Assembly (NCBI GenBank): GCA_045106415.1 | Contig: JBGCEP010000044.1 | Coordinates: 1 to 55,033 of the forward strand | Length of the DNA stretch: 55,033 bases | DNA from: Oligoflexales bacterium | GTDB lineage: Bacteria; Bdellovibrionota_B; Oligoflexia; Oligoflexales; Bog-1112 | Direction: 5' to 3' | Part shown: in pieces, positions 1 through 9,752 of the stretch | How the letters are laid out: every line of letters begins with the position of its first letter | Position numbering within the stretch: position 1 is the stretch's first letter | Notes under the pieces: generated by a model | Told to the model about the DNA's origin: nothing | Seen by the model: only the letters and a program-made list of their open reading frames with translations | Databases searched by the model: none | Translations under genes and position numbers: made by a program

Positions 1-334
1 CAACATTAAAACATCGACAACAAAGCCATCGCCACCACCTACTTAGGCACCTTTTGCCATTCATCGTCAAGAGTCTGGCGCAAAACTGTCAGAATTTTTT
101 CACGAAGAAATTTCTTCCTGCCACATAGAAAAAACAGCATAAATAAAGAAGTAACATAGGTTCATTCAAAACATTTTCTAAAAGACCGCACTACACCAAT
201 TATGCACATAATACAAAGAGTTTGATTTGATATTGAGAAGGAAATATGTGGGTTTTCATGCAGAATAAACAAAAACCGCTGAACGCATAAAACTATGTTC
301 AATTTACATAATTGGTATTATGAAAAAGTCTGCA

Positions 335-1264
335 TTAGCCTTGTAAAAGCTGCATCGCCATAGCAGGAAGTTGATTTGCTTGAGAAAGAATAGAGACCCC
401 TGCTTGCTGCAAAATAGAATTCTGCGTCATTTGAGCTGTGGCTTCTGCAAAGTCGGTATCCATGATACGTGACCTGGCCGCAGTGAGGTTTTCAATACGA
501 ATCTCTAAGTTCCGCCCTGTGGACTCTAACCGGTTTTGCAGCGATCCGATTTTAGCTCGATAACCCGCTAATCTCTCCATAGCAAAATCCAAAGAACCAA
601 TTGTTCTTTGGGCATCTTGTTTTGTTGAGACCTGTGTTCCCTCTTCATCATCAACAGCACCTATTTGAAGAGACTCTTCTCCGTTTGTTCGAGCATTCAT
701 TTTTGTAAAATCAAGACGAATAATATCCAGAGGATTCCTAGCTTCATAAGAGTCCAGCTCAGGGATATATTCTTTATCAACCTGCACCTCTAAAGGAGCA
801 AGCACCTGCTCTGAGAGCAACTCATCTGGTAACTCAGGGTTCACTCCAACAAGAAGCCTCTTACCATTGAATTCAGCACTGACAGCTATCCGATCAATCT
901 CATCTTTAAGCTGAAAAAACTCCATATTCAAATACTCTCGCTCTTTTGACCCAATCGTATCTGAAGCCGATTGAACAGCCAGTTCTTTTAATCGCACCAT
1001 AATATTAGAAATTTCAACTAACGACCCCTCTGCAACCTGTAGCAGAGAAATACCATCACTAGCATTGCGTCGAGATTGAGAAAGCGCTCGAATATCAGAT
1101 CGTAAACCTTCAGCAATAGCAAGACCAGCGGCATCATCAGCTGCTTTATTGATCCTGTGACCAGAGGACAGCTTTTGCATATAAGTGTTAATTTTTTTAG
1201 TCGAATTAGCTAAATGTCTTTGAGCAACAAGAGAGGTGACATTCGTTCGAATTGTTAGGCTCAT
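335..1264 (-). CDS. fliC: Flagellin (short, 309 aa)
   Basis: Flagellin N-terminus MSLTIRTNVTSLVAQRHL...LSSGHRINKAADDAAGLAI and C-terminus IGSLQNRLE...AARSRIMDTDFA...QANQLP..MQLLQG. Confidence 0.95.
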   Translation of the reverse strand: MSLTIRTNVTSLVAQRHLANSTKKINTYMQKLSSGHRINKAADDAAGLAIAEGLRSDIRALSQSRRNASDGISLLQVAEGSLVEISNIMVRLKELAVQSASDTIGSKEREYLNMEFFQLKDEIDRIAVSAEFNGKRLLVGVNPELPDELLSEQVLAPLEVQVDKEYIPELDSYEARNPLDIIRLDFTKMNARTNGEESLQIGAVDDEEGTQVSTKQDAQRTIGSLDFAMERLAGYRAKIGSLQNRLESTGRNLEIRIENLTAARSRIMDTDFAEATAQMTQNSILQQAGVSILSQANQLPAMAMQLLQG

Positions 1265-1316
1265 TCATCGCCTCTGTAAGGAGAGTATTTTTAGACTGAA
1301 GTCGAGAAGATATACG

Positions 1317-1907
1317 TCAAAGATAATAACATAAAAAGACATGCCCTTGATCTTCTGACACAGCCTGAAGCTTGAGCGGAAGATTCAGGCCCTGAGGATG
1401 ACTTGGGAAGGCAGGTACTCTTGAAGAAACACCAAGGACGTAAGGGGCAATAGTCATAAACAACTCACTCACAACACCTTTTTCATAAAAAAGCTTTGCG
1501 AGCTGCCCACCACACAACAAAACAATCTTTTTGAGATTATATTTTTTACACTCACTTACAATGGATTCGACAGGATCAGCACCTGAAATCAATTCCCCAA
1601 CACCCCAAGGTGTAAGATCTTTTAATTGCTCAGAAACCACAAACCACTTTGGGGCATTAGGGGTCTGCCACATAGACCCCGCAACACGCAAAGTAGCACC
1701 ACTGATAACCACTGCCTCAGCTTTACATAAACAGGATTCCACAAAATCACGATCAGCACCACAACCAAAGCCGTAGCTTCTTCGAAGCTCATCAGACTCA
1801 TTAGGGCTCTGAGCAATACTGCCGTCTAAACTCATAAGACTCACATGGGACACACACAGAGTGGGTTCACGCTCTTCTAGACTCGCAAAAATAGACGGCA
1901 ACGTCAT
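1317..1907 (-). CDS. RibD C-terminal/dihydrofolate-reductase-fold protein (stand-alone reductase domain)
   Basis: MSLDGSIA, AVVISGATLR, LLCGGQLAKLFYEKGVVSELFMTIAPYVLG match the RibD_C motifs (SLDG, G..T, EGG, DEL..IAP); no deaminase domain. Confidence 0.75.
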   Translation of the reverse strand: MTLPSIFASLEEREPTLCVSHVSLMSLDGSIAQSPNESDELRRSYGFGCGADRDFVESCLCKAEAVVISGATLRVAGSMWQTPNAPKWFVVSEQLKDLTPWGVGELISGADPVESIVSECKKYNLKKIVLLCGGQLAKLFYEKGVVSELFMTIAPYVLGVSSRVPAFPSHPQGLNLPLKLQAVSEDQGHVFLCYYL

Positions 1908-1913
1908 CTTGAA

Positions 1914-2399
1914 TTAATTTGGCTGGAAGTATTGACGAATCTCAGACTCAACATCTTGAGCCGTTCGCTCAGATGACGCACATATCTCAGAAACAATTAG
2001 CGCTTGTGCACGCTCTAGCATTTTTTTCTCACCGTAGGAAAGTTCTTTTACGCTTTGCAGACTCCACAAATCTCTTAGAACTTCAGCTGCGTCACACACA
2101 GAACCAGTCCGTAGTTTTTCACTAAATTCACGGAATCTTCGGTTCCAAGTTCTTTGCGAAACCTTTTTGCTTTCACGAAGAATTTCAAAAACTCGCTCAA
2201 TCTCTTCATCAGACATCAAGACTCTCATCCCAGCCTTCTCAGAAGCAGAAGTAGGAACCATCAAGGTTGCACCTGAGGACACAATCTGGAGGACGTAAAA
2301 CTCGACTCGAGCACCTGCAACTTCTTTTGACTCGATCGCTTTTATCAATGCAACACCATGTGCTGGATAAACTGCTTTGTCTCCGACTTTGAACCTCAT
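1914..2399 (-). CDS. carD: CarD/CdnL family RNA polymerase-binding transcription factor
   Basis: MRFKVGDKAVYPAHGV, TWNRRFRE, LSYGEKKMLERA; start moved to ATG 2399, which follows a GGAGG Shine-Dalgarno. Confidence 0.93.
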   Translation of the reverse strand: MRFKVGDKAVYPAHGVALIKAIESKEVAGARVEFYVLQIVSSGATLMVPTSASEKAGMRVLMSDEEIERVFEILRESKKVSQRTWNRRFREFSEKLRTGSVCDAAEVLRDLWSLQSVKELSYGEKKMLERAQALIVSEICASSERTAQDVESEIRQYFQPN

Positions 2400-2624
2400 A
2401 AGGACCTCCTCCATGCCAACAATCTACTTAAACTCCAGGACAAAGTCAAACCTTTTGTAGAAAACTCATTTATATAAGAAGGTTGGAAAAAAACACAGTA
2501 AAAAAACAAAAAAACAACAAAAAAACCTTTATTAACCGCAAGAAACAGACCTTCATTCGAAGCGCCTAAATTCATTGGTTAGATTTCACTAAGAACAGAT
2601 CACAAACCTTCTTTCATAAAACTC

Positions 2625-2652
2625 TTGCAATTCAAAGCACCACTGATATTCT
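2625..2652 (+). promoter_or_regulatory. Sigma70-type promoter for rpsO-pnp-dut
   Basis: TTGCAA (2625-2630), 16 nt spacer, TATTCT (2647-2652) with extended TGn; about 100 nt upstream of rpsO. Confidence 0.55.
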
Positions 2653-2753
2653 GCTGCTGGATTGGTGGGTTTTTGTTGATTCACCATCAAAATCAAAAAT
2701 GAGGGTTTCGGGGTTTCTTAAGGCTCTGACACTCACAAAAAAAGGAAAGATTC

Positions 2754-3023
2754 ATGTCACTTAGCAAACAAGACAAAGCTTCAATCATCGAAGAGTTTCG
2801 CATTAACGAAAACGACACAGCATCTCCACAAGTACAAATCGCGATGCTTACACGCCGCCTTGGTTATTTAAATGACCACTTCAAAGAAAACAAAAAAGAC
2901 CACCACTCTCGTCGCGGACTCATGAAGATGGTTGGCCAAAGACGCCGCCTTCTTAACTACCTTCACAAAAAAAATGCTGAAGAATACCAAAACCTTATCA
3001 AGAAACTGAACATCCGACGCTAA
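2754..3023 (+). CDS. rpsO: 30S ribosomal protein S15
   Basis: DTASPQVQIAMLT..HFKENKKDHHSRRGLMKMVGQRRRLLNYL; 89 aa; directly upstream of pnp. Confidence 0.98.
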   Translation: MSLSKQDKASIIEEFRINENDTASPQVQIAMLTRRLGYLNDHFKENKKDHHSRRGLMKMVGQRRRLLNYLHKKNAEEYQNLIKKLNIRR

Positions 3024-3080
3024 TCACCTGTCACAATACTAGAGTGGACAGGTATTCAAGGGTGTTTCAGAGGAGTCTTT

Positions 3081-5165
3081 ATGACGATGATTAGAGAAGT
3101 CAAAGTTGGAGATAAAAATCTTCGCTTTGAGTTTGGTAAATATGCAAAACAAGCCAATGGCTCCGTTATGGTGTCATCTGGGGACACAAGGGTTCTCGTT
3201 ACTGTTTGCGCAGCTGACGAAGCTCCTAAAGGTCTTGATTTCTTCCCATTAGGCGTTGACTACATAGAAAAATTCTATGCAGCTGGCCGCATCCCTGGGG
3301 GCTTCGCAAAACGAGAAGCAAAACCAAGCGATCAAGCAACACTGAATGCTCGTGTTATCGATAGGCCTTTACGCCCTTCTTTTCCAGAAGGTTACCGTAA
3401 CGAGACTGTCATCACAGCAACAGTCATGTCATACGAGCACGGTCATCACCCAGCGCCACTCGCACTTACTGGCGCAAGTACAGCTCTAATGATCAGTGAC
3501 ATCCCTTTCGATGGGCCTGTTGCTGGCCTCCGTATCGGCATGAACGAAGAAGGGGAGTTTACTCTCGACCCTGCTGAGAATTGCCCAACAGAGCTCGATC
3601 TGACACTTGCGTGCAAAAAAGATGCAATTTTAATGGTTGAAGCCGGAGCAAACATTCTCTCTGAAGAAAAAATGCTCGAAGCGATTAAACACGGCCATGA
3701 CTTGATGAAACCACTCTTCGAAATGCAAGAAGAAGTTCAAAAAGAATTTGGCAAAGAAAAAATGACATTTCATGTTGAACATGTCCCTGCAGAAATTCTT
3801 GCAAAAGTAAGAGCGGCCGCTCAAGACCCTATCAAAGCAGCATTCCAGGTTCGCGATAAAATCCAACGAGGAAAAGTTCTTAAGACAGCAAAGAATGAGG
3901 TCATGGCCACTCTAAGTCCAGTTGACGAAGAGAAAGCCTTTTATTCTCAAGCATTCGCTGACGTCAAGTCAGACATTATGCGAACAATGATCTTAAAAGA
4001 CCGTATCCGCATCGACGAGCGCTCTCTTGATCAAATTCGCCCAATTGCTTGCGAAACTAAAATTCTTCCAAGAGCTCATGGTTCATCTCTATTTACTCGC
4101 GGAGAGACACAGTCCCTTACGTCAGTAACATTAGGCGCAGCAGACGATCAGCAGCGTATTGAAACACTTTGGTCCAGTGACTACAAAGATCGCTTTATGT
4201 TGCACTATAACTTCCCAGCATTTTCAGTTGGTGAAGCTCGTATGCAAAGAACTCCTGGGCGACGAGAAATTGGTCACGGTAGCCTCGCAAAACGCGCTCT
4301 TCTTCCTGTTATGCCAACAGAAAAAGAGTTTGGCTACACAGTCCGTCTCGTTTCTGAAATCCTGGAGTCAAACGGCAGCTCTTCTATGGCAACTGTCTGC
4401 GCAGGGTCAATGGCCCTCCTTAACGCTGGCGTTCCATTGAAATCAAGCGTTGCTGGTATCGCGATGGGATTAATCAAAGAGGGTGACGAATACGCTATTC
4501 TTTCTGACATCCTCGGCGATGAAGATCATCTCGGCGACATGGACTTCAAAGTCTGCGGCAACGCGGATGGTATCTCAGCACTTCAAATGGACATTAAAAT
4601 TGACGGCCTCTCTATGGACGTCATGCGAGAAGCTTTAGAACAAGCCAAAGCCGGCCGACTCCATATTCTCGGAAAAATGACCAGTGAAATCGAGACTCCA
4701 GAAAAAGTTTCTGAGCACGCTCCTCAAATTTTCAAAGTCAAAATCAAACCAGATAAAATCCGCGATGTCATTGGCCCTAGCGGAAAAATGATCAAAAAAA
4801 TCACGGCAAGCACTGGCGCCCGTATTGACATTGAAGACAACGGAATCATCAGCATTATTGCTCCTGACAGCGTTTCGGCTGAAGCAGCAAAGTCTATGAT
4901 ACGCTCAGCAACAACAGACCCAGAACTCGGCGCTATTTACCTTGGTCAGGTCGTTCGCACTATGGATTTCGGAGCATTTATCGAAATCCGCCCTGGCACT
5001 GAAGGTCTTTGCCATATTTCACAACTTGACAACAAACGCGTTGAAAAGGTTGAAGACTGCGTCAAAGCTGGAGATGAAGTTCTTGTTAAAGTCTTAGAAA
5101 TCGATAGACAAGGGCGCATCAAACTTTCACGCAAAGAAGCCTTTGGAAAGAAGCCAACTGTATGA
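3081..5165 (+). CDS. pnp: Polyribonucleotide nucleotidyltransferase (PNPase)
   Basis: DFFPLGVDY, RREIGHG, ESNGSSSMA, EDHLGDMDFKV, C-terminal KH and S1 domains. Confidence 0.98.
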   Translation: MTMIREVKVGDKNLRFEFGKYAKQANGSVMVSSGDTRVLVTVCAADEAPKGLDFFPLGVDYIEKFYAAGRIPGGFAKREAKPSDQATLNARVIDRPLRPSFPEGYRNETVITATVMSYEHGHHPAPLALTGASTALMISDIPFDGPVAGLRIGMNEEGEFTLDPAENCPTELDLTLACKKDAILMVEAGANILSEEKMLEAIKHGHDLMKPLFEMQEEVQKEFGKEKMTFHVEHVPAEILAKVRAAAQDPIKAAFQVRDKIQRGKVLKTAKNEVMATLSPVDEEKAFYSQAFADVKSDIMRTMILKDRIRIDERSLDQIRPIACETKILPRAHGSSLFTRGETQSLTSVTLGAADDQQRIETLWSSDYKDRFMLHYNFPAFSVGEARMQRTPGRREIGHGSLAKRALLPVMPTEKEFGYTVRLVSEILESNGSSSMATVCAGSMALLNAGVPLKSSVAGIAMGLIKEGDEYAILSDILGDEDHLGDMDFKVCGNADGISALQMDIKIDGLSMDVMREALEQAKAGRLHILGKMTSEIETPEKVSEHAPQIFKVKIKPDKIRDVIGPSGKMIKKITASTGARIDIEDNGIISIIAPDSVSAEAAKSMIRSATTDPELGAIYLGQVVRTMDFGAFIEIRPGTEGLCHISQLDNKRVEKVEDCVKAGDEVLVKVLEIDRQGRIKLSRKEAFGKKPTV

Positions 5166-5596
5166 TTTCATTTCGATGCGAACCAGGACAAGCGCCTGCT
5201 TATCAAACCACAGCAAGTGCCGGCGCTGACATCCGAGCTGCTGAAGCAGCTACGATTCCACCGCACGGCCACGCCTGCATAAGAACAGGAGTCTGGATTG
5301 ATCAAGTTGAATGGGGTATTGTGCCAAAAGGTTACACCCCAGAACTTCAGATCAGACCTCGTTCTGGGCTCGCTTATAAGCACGGCATTACCCTCACGAA
5401 TAGTGTTGGAACCGTTGACGCTGATTATAAAGATGAAATCAAAGTTCTTCTTTGGAACACAAGTGATTTACCATACGAGATTCAAGTGGGAGACCGCATA
5501 GCTCAAATGGTTCCATCTCTAGTTCCTCGCCTAGAGACTTTACTCTCAAGCGAAAACGTACGCGAAGGTGGATTCGGATCCACAGGACGTCACTAG
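5162..5596 (+). CDS. dut: dUTP diphosphatase (trimeric dUTPase)
   Basis: Motifs AGAD, QIRPRSG, GTVDADY, GDRIAQ, REGGFGSTG; ATGA overlap with the pnp stop. Confidence 0.95.
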   Translation: MISFRCEPGQAPAYQTTASAGADIRAAEAATIPPHGHACIRTGVWIDQVEWGIVPKGYTPELQIRPRSGLAYKHGITLTNSVGTVDADYKDEIKVLLWNTSDLPYEIQVGDRIAQMVPSLVPRLETLLSSENVREGGFGSTGRH

Positions 5597-5600
5597 TACA

Positions 5601-5644
5601 CTTTCTATCAGAAGCACTAAAATTTTGGTGTTTCTGATAGAAGG
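5601..5644 (+). terminator. Long hairpin at the convergent dut / glycosyltransferase junction (3' end or terminator structure)
   Basis: CTTTCTATCAGAAGCACTAAA pairs with TTTGGTGTTTCTGATAGAAGG; the three non-Watson-Crick pairs are all G.U on the + strand; no classical U-tract. Confidence 0.55.
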
Positions 5645-7323
5645 CCCCTCGCCTTTTCTACTTCACCATAATCCAAATATAATTTTTGCAAAGCCTTTAC
5701 AAGAACGTCTTCCTGCCCAACAGCATCTGAAACTCTTTCTAAAACTTTTATAGCAAATCGCCCATTACCACAATCTCGAGCCATTTGGACAAGCATCATC
5801 AAAGCTTTTTCAGCTGCATTCGCCAACACACTTCTCTCCATCCACAGCACAGCTTCTTTGTGTGCATCTAAACGCACACTCAACAAAGCCATACCAGTCA
5901 AAGCTGGGGCATGATTCACCGCAACTCCAATAGCTCTTGAAAAAAACATCGAACTTTCTTCATAGGAGTGAGTATATAAAGCTAAAAATCCTAAGCCACA
6001 CAAAACGGAAAGATTATTTTCATCTAGCTGCAAAGCCTTACCATACTCCTCTGAGCTTTCATCATATAAGCCTAATTGCCTATAAGCATCTCCCGCTAAA
6101 GCAAAAATTTGCGCTTGAACCGCAGGGGCATAGCCATCTATTTGTGAAACTGCAACGCTTTTTACCAATGTATTCCACGCTTTCTTATGTGCAAAATTTT
6201 CTAATTTTGAAATCAGTTTTTCACCCAGCTTGCGACCCTCCAGCTTCGTAAATTCAACACCACTTAAAATATTTTTATGCCCTTGGTTAAAATCGTACTG
6301 ACGTCGAGCAATATTAGATATTTTCATCTGATCATGACGCATTCGCGACGCCTGAAAACAAGTCACAGTATCAATAAAACTTTGACAAGAGATCTCTGGC
6401 AAGACATAGCCAACTCCTCCAGATAGTGATTCGAGCCACTCAGAATCTCGAACGATAGGCAAAACTCCGCAACTCAAAGCATACGGAAGAACACTCACCG
6501 CAGACTGATATTTATCCTTACTTTCAACGTCAAAACAAAGACACGCATCAACCGAGTTATAAAGGTCTACCAAAAATTTTGTGGGATCCTGATGAAGAAA
6601 AAAGACTCTGTCACCCACACCCATATCATACGCAAGATATTTTAATTGCTTCTCATATGGCCCTGATCCTGCAAAAATAACATGAAGGCGCTCCAGATTC
6701 GGCAGTGATTTTAAAACAAGATCACAGTGACTCTCTTGGGTTAATTCTGTTTGAACCAACAGAACCGTTTCATCAAGAGGGATACCTAAATAACCTCTAA
6801 ACTTTTCTCGTTTTTTAGTATCTGCAAAGAATTTACTCGTATCCACAACTGGGGTTAAAATTTGCACCGCTTCATCACACACGCCTTCTTCCACTAAAGA
6901 CTGTTGAGCCATTTTATTTGGTGTAAAAAATTTAAAAGCTTGCTTTAAAATTTCAGAATGCATGCTTTGAACGTTTCTATGCTGTGAGTATTGCTCAAAA
7001 TCAGTTTCTTCTGAGTAAACAAGAAGAGGAATTTGATGTGTTCTAGCAACCTTTGATGCTTGATAAGAGTGCAAATGAGTTGTACTAAAAGTACAAATAG
7101 CATCCACAGAGGCAAGGTCGACCTCAAGACCCCTCATAAATCCTGGCATCTCTTCAACTGGCTCATAAGATCTCATTTTAAAATGAAAACCTTGAAGCTG
7201 AAAAAAGCCATCACTTCGAAAAGCACAAACCACGACTTCTGCTTGTTTGCCTAGGTATTGAAATAAGCTTAATGCTTTTAAATTTTTAAAATCACCAACA
7301 ACTAGTGCTATTTTAGGCTTCAA
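5617..7323 (-). CDS. GT-B (GT4-like) glycosyltransferase-fold protein fused to C-terminal TPRs
   Basis: VDTSKF, KFRGYLGIP, IFAGSGPYEKQLK, LYNSVD, ALSCGVLPIV are GT4-like; C-terminal TPR helices (ALAGDAYRQLGLYDESSEEYGKALQLD). Confidence 0.75.
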   Translation of the reverse strand: MKPKIALVVGDFKNLKALSLFQYLGKQAEVVVCAFRSDGFFQLQGFHFKMRSYEPVEEMPGFMRGLEVDLASVDAICTFSTTHLHSYQASKVARTHQIPLLVYSEETDFEQYSQHRNVQSMHSEILKQAFKFFTPNKMAQQSLVEEGVCDEAVQILTPVVDTSKFFADTKKREKFRGYLGIPLDETVLLVQTELTQESHCDLVLKSLPNLERLHVIFAGSGPYEKQLKYLAYDMGVGDRVFFLHQDPTKFLVDLYNSVDACLCFDVESKDKYQSAVSVLPYALSCGVLPIVRDSEWLESLSGGVGYVLPEISCQSFIDTVTCFQASRMRHDQMKISNIARRQYDFNQGHKNILSGVEFTKLEGRKLGEKLISKLENFAHKKAWNTLVKSVAVSQIDGYAPAVQAQIFALAGDAYRQLGLYDESSEEYGKALQLDENNLSVLCGLGFLALYTHSYEESSMFFSRAIGVAVNHAPALTGMALLSVRLDAHKEAVLWMERSVLANAAEKALMMLVQMARDCGNGRFAIKVLERVSDAVGQEDVLVKALQKLYLDYGEVEKARGLLSETPKF

Positions 7324-9752
7324 TGAACACTCCCGTGATCTAGTTTTGACTTCGCAGTTTGATGGCGACTCACAAGAGTACGAATTGCAAATTCTTCCAT
7401 CACCGGACGCATCATATTTTCACTCGTAACGACAACACCAAGAGTTAAACTTTCTCTAGTTAGGTTTTTTCCTATAATTTTATGTTTTAAAGTTTTTGTT
7501 TCACCTGGATTTAAAGAAAACTCAGAAGATGCAGCATCTAAATGAAGCTCTATCTGCCCGCCCGCCAAATTAAACAGATTTGAATTTAATGTACTAACAG
7601 TTTTTCGACTTCTATTCGTTAAAACTACTTCAACCACTGCTTCTTCACCGTTCTCTAAAAAACCTTCAACAGCACCCGCATGACTATCATCAAAACGAAC
7701 AACGTGACTAATCTCACCTAGCTCTCTTTCAACGACTTGCACACTTCGATGGTGATATCCTCCATACCGAAGGCCTGAAACAGCGAGTCCGACAGAGTAA
7801 TGAAGGTCACCTAAATGAGTCCAACTCGGTAACCAAGTGACAAGTTCCCCTGCCTGCATTTCACCAGCATCTAGGCGACCAATAAGAACTTCAACCGGCT
7901 CAAGGTCATATTCATCTGCATGCAAAAAGATAGACACTTGATCACAGGGCGTTGAAGTAACATTGCGAACTTGAAACGGTATTTTAAGATCACTGGCATA
8001 TGCCACTTTCTTTTGTGAAAGATCTCCTAATTTCAACTCTAAAGCTTGGGCTGGACAGCCTTTTGAAGACCATTCAACACCTAACGAAGAAAGATGTTCC
8101 ACACTTTGCTGCGTCCATTTTTCTAGAGATTTTTGAGCTCCAACTTTATCTTCAACCCAATGAACAGCAAACTGCAATTCATGATCAAATGAACGATTTG
8201 CATATTCGCCAGCTTCGCTCTCCCCCATCAGATAGTAGTAAGATTCATGATCTTCCCAGGGGTGTTCTTGGCTTTTCATAGTAAATCTTTGCAGAAAACT
8301 TTCTTGACGGTAACGACCAACGCCTAATAAATTTTTATTACTTTTACTCTCAAAAACAGGCTGCATAAGAACATCTGGCTTCACACCATGGTTTTGAAGA
8401 GTCCGGTCATTTGGAGTATAGTAACGAGCAATAGTAAGCTTCAAAGCCCTGTCTTCAGGAAGTTCAAAAATAGTTTGCACAGAACCTTTTCCAAAACTCG
8501 TTTGCCCAACGACAATAGCTCTTTTGCGGTCTTGCAAAGCTGCGGCTACAATTTCACTCGCAGACGCTGATTCCCCATCAATCAACACTGCGACAGGGAA
8601 GTCCTCTTCTCCAAATTCAGATCTCGAAAATTCCGACTCAACCAACCTTCCCCTTGTCGAGACGACAAGGCCATGACCTAGAAATAAATCCGACAAACGG
8701 ACAGCTTGATCAAGAAGCCCTCCTGGGTTTCCTCTGAGGTCCATCACAACACCTTTGTCACGACCAAATTCTTGATGAAACTTAAAAAGAGCAGAGCGAG
8801 CTTGCGTCACCGTATGATTGGAAAAACTATCAACCTTTAAAACCAAAGCTGGAATCTTATTCTCCGAAAAAACAACTCGTGACGTCACAGCATCAACTTG
8901 AATCATTTCACGTGTCATAGTAACAAGCTCAGGAGCTTGTCCGCCTTCTTTCAAAAGCCGAATCTTCACCTGAGAACCTGGGAGACCTCTCATATGAGAG
9001 ACTAAATCATCAAGCTCGTACCCAAAGGTTGAAACTCCATCAATCGCTAAAATACGATCAAGTCGGTGAATATTTGCTTTGGACGCAGGGCTATTTGGCA
9101 AAGGTTTAATCACAGTAAGCTGCCCTTGCCGAACACCTACAAGAACACCCAGCCCTCCAAAAACACCTTCGGTCCCTTGCTTTAAATCATGATATTCATC
9201 TCGACTTAAAACAGAACTATGTGGGTCAAGTTCGGCCAACAGTGTATTCAAAACATGCTGAACATGGCGGTCAAGTGAAGCTAAATCATTTTCATAGCCT
9301 GGGCCTTTTTCTTCTTTTTTAGAAAGATCACGAGCTGCCTCTGCGCTCTTTAAAAAATCAGCAACTTCTAATATAAAATAAGCAAGCTGCTCACCTTCCT
9401 CATCCGTGCTCAACGTCCATTGCTTTACTTGCCCATGACTTTCAACAGTTAGGCTTTCACCATCTTTCACATAAGTAAGCCAACCTTGCCTCGCAAGACC
9501 ATCAAACATCGACACAAAAAGATCAGGAAAGCCCACTTTAGAAGGGTCTACATAATAGTTACCAACAATCGTTAAAACAGAATCAATAAAAAGAACCCTT
9601 GAAATCTGATCATCATCATACTTCACAACGTCATGACGTGACGCCTGCTCTCTAAACTCTGCACCAGGCCCCCACAGTTCAAGAACTGAACGTAATGCGA
9701 AAGCCGATAAGAACCCAACTGCAATTGCTAAAAAACGTAAAAACAAAGGCAT
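7320..9752 (-). CDS. S41 family C-terminal processing protease (CtpA-like, PDZ) with C-terminal beta-sandwich extension
   Basis: N-terminal signal/TM segment, LDPHS, FGGLG PDZ loop, DLRGNPGGLL, SASASEI (catalytic Ser), TSFGKGSVQ (Lys), LTIARYYTP. Confidence 0.9.
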   Translation of the reverse strand: MPLFLRFLAIAVGFLSAFALRSVLELWGPGAEFREQASRHDVVKYDDDQISRVLFIDSVLTIVGNYYVDPSKVGFPDLFVSMFDGLARQGWLTYVKDGESLTVESHGQVKQWTLSTDEEGEQLAYFILEVADFLKSAEAARDLSKKEEKGPGYENDLASLDRHVQHVLNTLLAELDPHSSVLSRDEYHDLKQGTEGVFGGLGVLVGVRQGQLTVIKPLPNSPASKANIHRLDRILAIDGVSTFGYELDDLVSHMRGLPGSQVKIRLLKEGGQAPELVTMTREMIQVDAVTSRVVFSENKIPALVLKVDSFSNHTVTQARSALFKFHQEFGRDKGVVMDLRGNPGGLLDQAVRLSDLFLGHGLVVSTRGRLVESEFSRSEFGEEDFPVAVLIDGESASASEIVAAALQDRKRAIVVGQTSFGKGSVQTIFELPEDRALKLTIARYYTPNDRTLQNHGVKPDVLMQPVFESKSNKNLLGVGRYRQESFLQRFTMKSQEHPWEDHESYYYLMGESEAGEYANRSFDHELQFAVHWVEDKVGAQKSLEKWTQQSVEHLSSLGVEWSSKGCPAQALELKLGDLSQKKVAYASDLKIPFQVRNVTSTPCDQVSIFLHADEYDLEPVEVLIGRLDAGEMQAGELVTWLPSWTHLGDLHYSVGLAVSGLRYGGYHHRSVQVVERELGEISHVVRFDDSHAGAVEGFLENGEEAVVEVVLTNRSRKTVSTLNSNLFNLAGGQIELHLDAASSEFSLNPGETKTLKHKIIGKNLTRESLTLGVVVTSENMMRPVMEEFAIRTLVSRHQTAKSKLDHGSVH

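Noticed and set aside
1..334. Possible gene fragment at the left edge
   Set aside because: The minus-strand frames I checked close within about 35 codons and no product is recognisable.
1265..1293. TAAA...GGCGATGA sigma28-like motif before flagellin
   Set aside because: Spacing is off and the -10-like box overlaps the RBS directly against the start codon.
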